64,000 nucleotides of DNA from Planctomycetota bacterium. GTDB taxonomy: Bacteria; Planctomycetota; UBA1135; JAKEFM01. The DNA is taken from the NCBI GenBank assembly GCA_022616055.1, contig JAKEFM010000086.1, positions 74,183 to 138,182 on the forward strand, in the 5' to 3' direction. Shown piece after piece: positions 41,058 to 48,900 of this stretch. The notes beneath the pieces are model-generated. The model ran no database searches. It was not told where the DNA came from and saw nothing but the letters and a program-made list of their open reading frames with translations. Position 1 is the first letter of the stretch, and each line of letters begins with the position of its first letter. The position numbers were made by a program, and so were the translations under genes.

Positions 41058-41231
41058 GGCTCTTCTACCCTACCACGTTCGACGCCGACCGAGAGGGGGG
41101 AGGTCGAGGCTGCGGGTCCGGGGGGCGCGCGGGTCGCGACGAGAGCCCAATCGCCGATGCGCCGCGAATGCCTTGCGCCGCGACTGCGCCGCGCGAGGTC
41201 TGAGCGCGTCCGGTGCCGGATCCGGACGGGG
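41058..41231 (-). pseudogene. possible decayed remnant of a HEPN (DUF86) toxin gene downstream of the MNT gene
   Basis: One minus-strand frame reads ...RRKAFAAHRRLGSRRDPRAPRTRSLDLPPLGRR. This loosely resembles the DUF86 R-x4-6-H ... DLPxL C-terminal spacing. It is only 174 nt with no start codon. Speculative. Confidence 0.2.
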
Positions 41232-41549
41232 TCAGGGTCCGCCGTAGCGGACGAGGGAAGACGCAAGAACCTCGTCGCGGAGGTACGGGCTGAGATCCTT
41301 CGCCGTGCGCAGGCCCACTTTCCGGCCGCCGAAGAGCCGCGAGAGCTCGTCCTCGATCCGGGCGACCGAGAAGAAGCCGACCGTCGCGCCGGGCGCGAAC
41401 TCGACGAAGACGTCGACGTCGCTCTCCGTCCCGAAGTCGGTCCGGGGCACCGATCCGAAGAGCGCGAGCTTTCGGATCCGGCGCTTCCGGCAGAGATCCG
41501 CGAGGGCCTTCGCGGGCACTTCGAGGACGGCCCGCGCGTCCGAAGGCAT
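41232..41549 (-). CDS. nucleotidyltransferase-domain protein (MNT-type antitoxin)
   Basis: 105 aa from ATG at 41549. LALFGSVPRTDFGTESDVDVFVEF is the GSxxR...SDxD minimal nucleotidyltransferase motif. Confidence 0.85.
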   Translation of the reverse strand: MPSDARAVLEVPAKALADLCRKRRIRKLALFGSVPRTDFGTESDVDVFVEFAPGATVGFFSVARIEDELSRLFGGRKVGLRTAKDLSPYLRDEVLASSLVRYGGP

Positions 41550-41793
41550 CCCAGACGACGGCGGTCGTCTCGCGGGGGCAGCGCGCCGCGTCGAGTTCTT
41601 CACGCGGTCGATCCTAGCCTGACTCCCGGGAGACGCGAGCGGGGAGGGCAGCGCGAGGGGCGGCCGGCATGCACCGCGTCGAACCCCCTGCTGGAACCCT
41701 TTCGGCGAGCCGTCACCGCCACGAGTCCGGCAGGTCGAGGGCGCGCGACGACTACAATCCGCGCCCCCTCGTCCCCCCCTTCGCCCCCCCCCG

Positions 41794-43107
41794 GTGACCG
41801 AACCGCCCCGCGAGGGCCGACGCCCCCCGATCGCCGCGATCCTCGGCGGGCTCGTCCTCGGGGCGCTCGCGGGCCTCGCGGGGAACGCGGCGGGCTCCTC
41901 GGCGTTCCTCGACGGCTTCGCCCGCAACGTCGCGAGCCCGGCCGGAGACATCTTCCTCCGGCTGATCTTCATGCTCGTGATCCCGATCGTCTTCTCGGCG
42001 CTCGTCCTCGGGATCGCCGGATTCCCCGACCTGAAGTCGCTCGGGCGGGTGGGCGTGAAGACCCTCCTCTACACGATCCTCGCCTCGAGCCTCGCCGTCC
42101 TCCTCGGCCTCCTCGTCGTCAACCTCCTCGCGCCCGGGAGCGGGCTGCCCGCGGAGGCGCGCGCAAACCTGATGGAGATCGCCGAGGAGAAAGGGAAGTC
42201 CTTCGCCGAGTCGAGGCCTCCGGCCGGCGTCGGCCTCCTCGTCGCGATCGTCCCCGACAACCCGATCGGGGCCGCGGCCCGTGGCGACATGCTCGCGGTG
42301 ATCTTCTTCGCGGTGGCGTTCGGGGTCGCGCTCGCCTCGGTGGGTTCGAAGGTGGGCAAGCCGCTGCTCGACTTCTTCGAGGGGATCTTCGCCGTGTCGA
42401 TGCGCCTGATCTCCTGGGCGATGTGGGTCGCCCCGATCGGCGTCTTCGGGCTGGTCTTCAACGTCGTCTACCGTCTCGGGTTCCCGATCCTGCAGGCCCT
42501 CCTTTCCTTCGTCGCGATCGTCCTCGGGGCGCTCGCCTTCCACAACTTCGTCACCTACAGCCTCCTCCTGCGGTCGCTCGCCGGCGTCTCTCCCGGGCGG
42601 TTCTTCCGGGCGATCCGGGAGGTGATGCTCACGGCCTTCGTCACCTCCTCGAGCAACGCGACCCTCCCGACGGCCCTGCGCGTCTCGGAGCGGAACCTCG
42701 GTGCGCCCCCGGGCATCTCGCGGTTCGTCCTCACGGTCGGGGCGACCGGGAACCAGAACGGGACGGCCCTCTACGAGGGGATCACGGTCCTCTTCCTCGC
42801 CCAGCTCTTCCTCGGGGAGAACCTTCCGCTCGCCTCGCAGGCGGTCGTCCTCCTCCTCGCCATCCTCGCCGGGATCGGCACGGCGGGCGTGCCGAGCGGT
42901 TCCCTCCCCTTCATCGCGATGATCCTCGGCATCGTCGGCGTCCCGGCCTGGGGGGTCGGGGTCATTGTCGGCGTAGACCGGATCCTCGACATGTGCCGCA
43001 CGGTGCTCAACGTGACGGGAGACCTGGTCGCGGTCGCCGTCGTCTCGAGGAGCGAGGGCGCGCCGATTCTGGCGGAGCCGGCGGAGTCCGAGTCAGGCCG
43101 GGCCTGA
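41794..43107 (+). CDS. dicarboxylate/amino acid:cation symporter (DAACS, GltP-like)
   Basis: 437 aa, multi-TM. FVTSSSNATLPTAL and AGVPSGSLPFIAMILG hairpin motifs. The GTG start is preceded by a C9 tract. Confidence 0.9.
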   Translation: MTEPPREGRRPPIAAILGGLVLGALAGLAGNAAGSSAFLDGFARNVASPAGDIFLRLIFMLVIPIVFSALVLGIAGFPDLKSLGRVGVKTLLYTILASSLAVLLGLLVVNLLAPGSGLPAEARANLMEIAEEKGKSFAESRPPAGVGLLVAIVPDNPIGAAARGDMLAVIFFAVAFGVALASVGSKVGKPLLDFFEGIFAVSMRLISWAMWVAPIGVFGLVFNVVYRLGFPILQALLSFVAIVLGALAFHNFVTYSLLLRSLAGVSPGRFFRAIREVMLTAFVTSSSNATLPTALRVSERNLGAPPGISRFVLTVGATGNQNGTALYEGITVLFLAQLFLGENLPLASQAVVLLLAILAGIGTAGVPSGSLPFIAMILGIVGVPAWGVGVIVGVDRILDMCRTVLNVTGDLVAVAVVSRSEGAPILAEPAESESGRA

Positions 43108-43668
43108 CCGAGGCGCGGGTGGACGCGACGTCGAGACGATCGGGAACCAGAGGATCGTCCAGGAGCGGCCGAACGGGGTGCGCTCCGTCGAGAAGGCGCC
43201 CCAGAGGAGGCTGAAGGCGCTCGTGGCGGCGTAGGCGCCGTCCTCCCGCCGCTGGTGTCCGGTGGCGGTGTCGAGGATCCCGAGGGCGAGGCTGATGCCG
43301 CGCCGGTAGGAGACGCTCCTCCCCTTCTCGTCGAAGTTCGCGGTCCGGCTGAGGCGGAGGACGATCATGCCGATCCCGCTGTCCTCCTCGACGTGGAAGT
43401 GCCAGGTCCCTTCCCCGACGCGGTCGGCATGGGTCTCGCGGGCGCGGGAGACGAGGGGGAGGAAGAGGGTCGGCATCCCGAGGGCCCAGTCCTCGATCTT
43501 CCGGTCGTCTCCCTGCGCCTCTGCCTTCTCCCGGTAGTGGGCGAGGTCGCCCGGCGTCAGGTCGGAGGAGAGGGAGATCCGCCGGACGTCCCCGCCCGTC
43601 GAGCAGGCGGCGAGGGCGGCGGGGAGGAAGAGGGGGAGGACGGTCCTTCTCGAAGGGCGGGCGCGCAT
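43093..43668 (-). CDS. lipoprotein, unknown function
   Basis: 191 aa from MRARPSRRTVLPLFLPAALAAC, which has a lipobox. C-terminal part of ORF 43093..44826. Its 3' end overlaps the convergent transporter gene by 15 nt. Confidence 0.65.
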   Translation of the reverse strand: MRARPSRRTVLPLFLPAALAACSTGGDVRRISLSSDLTPGDLAHYREKAEAQGDDRKIEDWALGMPTLFLPLVSRARETHADRVGEGTWHFHVEEDSGIGMIVLRLSRTANFDEKGRSVSYRRGISLALGILDTATGHQRREDGAYAATSAFSLLWGAFSTERTPFGRSWTILWFPIVSTSRPPAPRSGPA

Positions 43669-43679
43669 GGCCGGGGATC

Positions 43680-44255
43680 CTACCGGGAGGAGCGGCGCCG
43701 TCGGGCGCCGGGCGGAGCCGCGTCCCGCGCGTGGAACAGCGCGAGGGCGGCGAGCACGAGGGCGTGGCGGAGCTCCCCTCTCGCGACCATGGAAGGGATC
43801 CGCTCGAACGGGACGACGACGGGCTCCAGGTCCTCCCGCTCGTCGGGCTGGACGCGGCCGACGCGGCGGCAGCCGAGCGCGAGGAAGGAGTGGAGGCGGT
43901 TCGTCTGCGTCGCGGGGTTCGGCCAGCACCATCCGAGCGGAACGATCGAGCGCGCGCGGTGGCCGGTCTCTTCCCTCAGCTCGCGAGCGGCGGTGCGCGC
44001 CGGGCTCTCCCCGTCGTCGACGATCCCGCCGGGGATCTCGAGCGTGACCTCGCGGGCGCCGTGCCGGTACTGCCGCACCATCACGAGCCCCCCCTCGTCC
44101 GTCAGGGGGACCACGTTCACCCACTCGCGCCCCTCGAGGATCGTGAACCGCGAGACCTCTCCCGTGCGAGGGGAGACGGCCCAGTCGCCGCGGATCCGGA
44201 ACACGCGGACGGAGGCGAGCGGTTCCGTCGCGACCAGTTTCCAGGGCTTCGGCAC
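43680..44255 (-). CDS. NUDIX hydrolase (ADP-ribose pyrophosphatase-like)
   Basis: 191 aa. Nudix box GGIVDDGESPARTAARELREETG. Confidence 0.88.
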   Translation of the reverse strand: MPKPWKLVATEPLASVRVFRIRGDWAVSPRTGEVSRFTILEGREWVNVVPLTDEGGLVMVRQYRHGAREVTLEIPGGIVDDGESPARTAARELREETGHRARSIVPLGWCWPNPATQTNRLHSFLALGCRRVGRVQPDEREDLEPVVVPFERIPSMVARGELRHALVLAALALFHARDAAPPGARRRRSSR

Positions 44256-44341
44256 CGGGGGCGCAGCCTAGCGCGGAGGGCGTGCCGCGGGCGGCGCTTC
44301 GTTGACCGGGCCGCGAGGAGAGGGCTACCCTCCCTCCTCTC

Positions 44342-45016
44342 GTGAACGCGCCGCAGCTCGGACTCTCGCTCCTCCTCCTCTCCCTTCCCCAGGGTCCCTC
44401 CCCCGCGCCGCCCGTCCGTTCGGGTTCCGTGACGGGGGAGGTCGTCGACTTCGCCTGCCGCCTCTTTCCCCGGCGCGGCACCCACACCTGCTCGGTCGAA
44501 TGCCTGGAAAAGGGCGTGTTTCCGGGCGTCTTCGACGAGGCGAGCGGGAAGGCCTTCCTCGCCTTCGGGCAGGACCGCAACCCGGCGGGCGGGGCGCTCG
44601 CCCCGCTGGCCGGCAAGCGCGCCCGCCTCACGGGGAAGATCCACGAGGGGAAGGGGATCCGGGCGATCGTCCTCGACGGCGTCGGAAGGGCGGAGGGGGA
44701 GAGGCCGGCGAGCGCGCCCGCCCCTCCCACGCCCGATCCTCCGCGCGACATCACGCTCGTCGCCTCCGTCGTGAACGTCCTCGACCAGGTCGAGGCGTCC
44801 GCGAAGGGGACGAAGCACGCGTGCACCGGCCGGTGCCTCGCGGGGGGGGGCCTCTACGGTCTCCTCGATCTCGAGTCGGGCCGCCTCTACGCCGCCCTCG
44901 CCCCCGAGCGCAAGAGCGCGCGATCCCTCCTCGAGCCCTTCGCGGGCCTGAAGGCGAGGGTGAGCGGCCGGGTCGTCGCGAACGTGATCGAGGTCGTCCG
45001 GGTCGTGAAGGCCTGA
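44342..45016 (+). CDS. secreted protein made of two copies of an H-x-C-x3-C domain
   Basis: 224 aa with a signal peptide. The two halves are homologous: GEVVDFAC..GTHTCSVECLEKGVFPGVFD..GKRARLTGKI versus ASVVNVLD..GTKHACTGRCLAGGGLYGLLD..GLKARVSGRV. GTG start. Confidence 0.6.
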   Translation: MNAPQLGLSLLLLSLPQGPSPAPPVRSGSVTGEVVDFACRLFPRRGTHTCSVECLEKGVFPGVFDEASGKAFLAFGQDRNPAGGALAPLAGKRARLTGKIHEGKGIRAIVLDGVGRAEGERPASAPAPPTPDPPRDITLVASVVNVLDQVEASAKGTKHACTGRCLAGGGLYGLLDLESGRLYAALAPERKSARSLLEPFAGLKARVSGRVVANVIEVVRVVKA

Positions 45017-45029
45017 ACGGCTCCCGCCC

Positions 45030-46721
45030 CTACTCCTCGCCGTCCCGATCCACCGGGGGCGTCGCGAGGCGCTCGGCGACCTGCTCGGCGAGGGACCGCT
45101 CCACGCGGGAGGCGAGCCCCCGGATGTCCGCGGGATCGAGCGCGCAGAGGAGCATCCCCGCCGACTTGTCGACGAGCGGCGCGAGGAGGCCCGGGTCCGC
45201 CAGCCGGTCGCGCTTGTTGAAGACCGTGATCCGGGGGATCGCGTCGAGGTGGAGCTCCGCGAGCGTCCCCTCGACCGCGGCGAGCTGGCGCGGACAGGCC
45301 GGATTCGAGGCGTCCACGAGGTGGACGATGAGGTCGGACCCGTCGATCTCCTCGAGGGTCGCGCGGAAGGCGTCCCGGAGGCCCTCGGGGAGGTCGCGGA
45401 TGAACCCGACCGTGTCGAGGAAGACGACCTCGGTCCCGTGCGGGAGCCGGCAGCGCCGCGCCGTCGTCTCGAGGGTGGCGAACAGGAGGTCCTCGGCGCG
45501 GACGTTCTCGGCCGTCAGGGCGTTGAAGAGGGTCGACTTGCCGGCGTTCGCGTAGCCGACGATGGAGACCTGGGGGACCCCCGCCGCCATCCGGTGCCGG
45601 CGCATCTCCCCGCGGCGCCGGCCGATCTTGTCGATCTCGTCCTTCAGGTGGTCGATCCGCCGTCGCAGCACGCGGCGGTCGAGCTCGAGCTTCTGCTCGC
45701 CGAGGCCGCGCACGGCGCCCTTCGCCCCCCCGCCGAGCCCGCCGAGCCTCGACATCTCGATCCCGCGCCCGATCAGGTGCGGGAGCATGTACTGGAGGCG
45801 CGCCAGCTCGACCCGGATCTTCCCGTCCCGCGTCCCCGCGCGGCGGCCGAAGATCTCGAGGATCAGCATCGTCCGGTCCATCACCTCGAGGCCGGCGGCG
45901 AGCTCGAGGTTCTTCGCCTGCCGCGGGGTCAGCTCCTCGTCGACGATGAGGAGCCCGGCGCCGAGGGAGGCGGCGCGGCGGGTGACCTCCTCGAGGAACC
46001 CCCTCCCCATCACCGTCGCGGGGTCGACCCGCTCGCGGCGCTGCAGCCGCGCCTCCGCGACCTCGATCCCCGCGGATCGGGCGAGCTCGCGAAGCTCCTC
46101 GAGCGATTCCTGCGCGAGGTCCCCCCTCTCCCCCGAGACCGTGACGAGGATCGCGCGGTCCCGGTCGACGGCGGCCCGGGCGCCCGGCGCGGTCCGCGCG
46201 AACTCCTCCTCGAGCGCCTCGATCGATTCGAGGAAGTCGGCGCGGATCGCCGTGGCGGCGAAGGGGGGCGAGAGGTCGTAGGGCTCCGCGGAGCCCGGGG
46301 GGAGGAGGGTCGCGGTCCGCAGCGAGCCGAGGGAGCCGTCCCTCCCGACCTCGACCCGCACGAGGGCGTCGAGCCGATGGCGGGAGAGCACGGCGAGCTC
46401 GTCGTGCCCGATCCCCCCGGTCGAGAGCGCCGTCCGGACGAACCGCAGGCCGCAGAGCCGGCCCGGCGCCGTCGTGCGCGCGAGCCGCCGCGTGGGGAAG
46501 GGGACGCCGTGGGCGTCGCCGAGGGAGACGTCGAGGATCCGGCCGCGGCGGTCGACGACGATGCCCACGCAGCGTCCGGCGTCGGAGGAGAGGCGCGCGA
46601 GCTCGCGCGCCAGCTCGTGGGTGACGGCGCGCTGCGCGTCGACCTTGCGGTGGAGGAGCCGCTCGAGGGACCGGACCTGGCTCGACTTCAGGCCCAGCGT
46701 GCGACCGAGAACCTTGCTCAA
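45030..46721 (-). CDS. hflX: GTPase HflX with an N-terminal extension
   Basis: 563 aa. HflX N-domain, G1 GYANAGKSTLFNALT, G3 DTVGF, G4 NKRD. About 180 extra N-terminal residues. TTG start. Confidence 0.9.
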   Translation of the reverse strand: MSKVLGRTLGLKSSQVRSLERLLHRKVDAQRAVTHELARELARLSSDAGRCVGIVVDRRGRILDVSLGDAHGVPFPTRRLARTTAPGRLCGLRFVRTALSTGGIGHDELAVLSRHRLDALVRVEVGRDGSLGSLRTATLLPPGSAEPYDLSPPFAATAIRADFLESIEALEEEFARTAPGARAAVDRDRAILVTVSGERGDLAQESLEELRELARSAGIEVAEARLQRRERVDPATVMGRGFLEEVTRRAASLGAGLLIVDEELTPRQAKNLELAAGLEVMDRTMLILEIFGRRAGTRDGKIRVELARLQYMLPHLIGRGIEMSRLGGLGGGAKGAVRGLGEQKLELDRRVLRRRIDHLKDEIDKIGRRRGEMRRHRMAAGVPQVSIVGYANAGKSTLFNALTAENVRAEDLLFATLETTARRCRLPHGTEVVFLDTVGFIRDLPEGLRDAFRATLEEIDGSDLIVHLVDASNPACPRQLAAVEGTLAELHLDAIPRITVFNKRDRLADPGLLAPLVDKSAGMLLCALDPADIRGLASRVERSLAEQVAERLATPPVDRDGEE

Positions 46722-46822
46722 CGTCCGGTGGCGGGGTTCTCGAGGGGTCGCCGCATCGGGGGCGAGTATAGCCCTCCGCCGGGCTTGATCGGGTCCGACG
46801 AGGCCGTACGTTCCGGCTCGCC

Positions 46823-47281
46823 TTGGAATCCGCCCTCCGTCGAAGCCTGCGGCGCGTCCCCCTCCTCCCCCTCGCTGCGGCCTCCCTGTCGATCGCCCTC
46901 CTCGACTGCAAGAAAGCCGACCGCCCGATCGGGACCGTCATGATGCACATGGAGTCCCACTACCGGGACATCGAGGAACGCCGGGATTCCGTCGCCGGGA
47001 AGGGAGGGGGCGCGCTCTCCCGGGAGGGGATCTTCAACGCCATCGCCGAGCGGTCCCGGAAGATCGCCGAGCTCACGGAGGAGCCCCGCTACGTCGGGCA
47101 CACCCCCGACGCGGAGTTCCGCGCCTGGCGCCTGGAGCTGGGGAGAATCGCCCTCGGCCTCGAGGAGGCCGCGAAGCGTCGGGACGCTCCCGGCGTCGAG
47201 GAGGGGTACGCGGCCGCCACGCGCGTCCTCTCCGCCTGCCACCGGAAGTTCCCGACGAACGCCCGACAGCCGGGGCGGTGA
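46823..47281 (+). CDS. lipoprotein, predicted helical, unknown function
   Basis: 152 aa. The signal sequence ends in the lipobox SIALLDC. TTG start. Confidence 0.55.
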   Translation: MESALRRSLRRVPLLPLAAASLSIALLDCKKADRPIGTVMMHMESHYRDIEERRDSVAGKGGGALSREGIFNAIAERSRKIAELTEEPRYVGHTPDAEFRAWRLELGRIALGLEEAAKRRDAPGVEEGYAAATRVLSACHRKFPTNARQPGR

Positions 47282-47415
47282 GACGGCTACGGAACGGGGG
47301 CGGAGGCGCGCGCGGGGGATCTCCGGAAGATCGCCCCGATCGCGAGCCCCGCGAGGCCCCAGCCGGCAGTCTGCTCGACGATCGCCGTCTTCGCGAAGTC
47401 CGTCGGGAACCCGAA

Positions 47416-47892
47416 TCAGTTCCAGTACGACACGTCGATCGAGACGCTCGCGAAGAGACCGAGGAGCGCGCAGATGAGCACGCACCCGGGGTATCCGGTC
47501 CCCGCCTTCACCGCCTGGCCGAGGAGCGCTGCCGCGAGGAGCGCGCACGCGACGTTGCTCGCGAACTCGGTGAGGAGCTGCGTGGAGCGGAGCGGGTCCT
47601 GGTCCCTCGGGAGGAGGACCATCAGGCCGCTCGGGCCGCGGCGGTACTTCTCCGTCCACTGCTTCTCGATCGCCTCCTTGCGCTCCGCGGACGCGTCCTC
47701 CGGGTCCTCCATCCACGGGAAGACGTAGAGCCCCGGCCCGCGCACGTTCTCCCGGATCGCCTCGAGGGCGTCGTCCTCGTTCGGCAGGCGGCTCATCCCC
47801 GCCTTCCCGAGGGGGAGCATCATGTGGAAGACGGCGCCCCACGCGAAGTTCACGAGGCCCCCGAGCAGGCCCGCGATCAGGATCTTCTTCAT
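47416..47892 (-). CDS. integral membrane protein, apparently truncated by an in-frame TGA (coding signal continues to about 47320)
   Basis: 158 aa from MKKILIAGLLGGLVNFAWGAVFH... to ...VSIDVSYWN then TGA. The next 30 in-frame codons read FGFPTDFAKTAIVEQTAGWGLAGLAIGAIF, a further TM helix, with G/C at the third position in 29 of 30 codons. Confidence 0.7.
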   Translation of the reverse strand: MKKILIAGLLGGLVNFAWGAVFHMMLPLGKAGMSRLPNEDDALEAIRENVRGPGLYVFPWMEDPEDASAERKEAIEKQWTEKYRRGPSGLMVLLPRDQDPLRSTQLLTEFASNVACALLAAALLGQAVKAGTGYPGCVLICALLGLFASVSIDVSYWN

Positions 47893-48042
47893 CGACGATC
47901 TGCGGTGGGGATTCCCGAGCGCGCGGGGTGCGGCCGCGGCGAACTCCACCTCCCCCCTCATCCGTAACAACCGGCGCCCCAGGGGATAGAACCTCGCGCG
48001 AACCGCGAGGGGGCTCGCGCGTCGTATGGAGTCGCTGCGGGC

Positions 48043-48882
48043 TTGGAATCCGCCTCTCCCCGAGGGTCCGACGTGAAGCTCCTCCCCTGCTTCTTCGCGG
48101 CGACACTCCTCGTCACCTCTCCGCTCGCCGGACAGGGTCCTCCTCCTCCCGTCCGGACTCCTGTCCCGGTGAACGCGGAACCGGAATCCCGAACGAGAGC
48201 GCAGCCCCCGGGCGCGCGCCTCCTCGCCCAGGTCTTCTTGGGAGCGCCCGACGAGAAGCGGAAGAGCGCATTCACGCTCACCCTCTTCGGCGAGGGGCTT
48301 CGAGGCGAACGTGACCTCTCGGCGTCGTCGGGCGACCTTCCGGTGGAAGGAGGGACGGGCCGCTTCGAATGGTCGATCGTCTCGCCGGGCTACGACCCGG
48401 CTCGGGGCGTCGTGACCCTCCGCGACGGGGAGATCGCGACGATCGGCGCCGTCTGCCTTGCCCGAGGCAGCGCCTCGCTGGAAGGTCTCCTCTCGGCTCC
48501 CGACGGCCGCCCGGTCGCAGGCGCCGAGGTCTCTCTCTCCGGCCCCGTCGGAGTCGGCGAGAGGGCCCGGACGAAAGCGGACGAGGCCGGACGCTTCCGG
48601 TTCGAGGGGCTCGCGGCGGGGAAGGGATTCGTTCAGGCGAGCGGCGACGACCTGCCTGCGATGGCCGCCGTCCCTGTCGACATCTCGGCCGGCGGCCGCC
48701 ACTGGATCGAGCTCTCCTCCTCGGTCGCGTCGCTCCTAGTGCGCATCCACGGGAGGTGGGATCGCCCCTTCCGTCTGTCTCTGGAAGATCCGGACCGTGC
48801 GCTCGGGACCTCGTGGAAATTCGATCCCCCGGGATGGAGCGAGGACTTCCCCTCTCTCCCCTCTGGCAAGATCCTCGGCTGA
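48043..48882 (+). CDS. carboxypeptidase-regulatory-like secreted protein, paralogue 1, N-terminal ORF (ends at an in-frame TGA)
   Basis: Signal peptide; the more likely start is the GTG at 48073 (VKLLPCFFAATLLVTSPLAGQ). GRFEWSIVSPGYDP and DEAGRFRFEGLAAG motifs are shared with the two downstream paralogues. Confidence 0.75.
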   Translation: MESASPRGSDVKLLPCFFAATLLVTSPLAGQGPPPPVRTPVPVNAEPESRTRAQPPGARLLAQVFLGAPDEKRKSAFTLTLFGEGLRGERDLSASSGDLPVEGGTGRFEWSIVSPGYDPARGVVTLRDGEIATIGAVCLARGSASLEGLLSAPDGRPVAGAEVSLSGPVGVGERARTKADEAGRFRFEGLAAGKGFVQASGDDLPAMAAVPVDISAGGRHWIELSSSVASLLVRIHGRWDRPFRLSLEDPDRALGTSWKFDPPGWSEDFPSLPSGKILG

Positions 48883-48900
48883 AGCGCGCGCGGGCGCGAC

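Noticed and set aside
41045-41266. A 73-aa ORF on the minus strand in the MNT-hicB spacer.
   Set aside because: The R-rich translation matches no family and overlaps the MNT stop. The spacer is better explained as non-coding or as a decayed gene remnant.
46823-47281. The LSACH motif near the C terminus of the helical lipoprotein, as a possible single-Cys heme c attachment site (cytochrome c'-like four-helix bundle).
   Set aside because: Only one Cys-His pair is present and there is no CxxCH motif. Nothing else supports heme binding, so the idea is too speculative to report as a finding.
47380-47418. Selenocysteine reading of the TGA at 47416-47418.
   Set aside because: I could draw only a 3-bp stem with a CGCG loop at the expected distance. 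A Sec residue in a TM-flanking YWN-x-FGFP context has no redox logic. Nonsense mutation or read-through is more likely.
46815-48055. A shared 13-mer, CTTGGAATCCGCC, at the proposed TTG starts of two genes (46822 and 48042). It gives both ORFs an MESA N terminus.
   Set aside because: A 13-nt exact repeat is expected by chance many times in 64 kb of biased composition. The second gene more likely starts at the GTG at 48073. I do not treat it as a regulatory motif.
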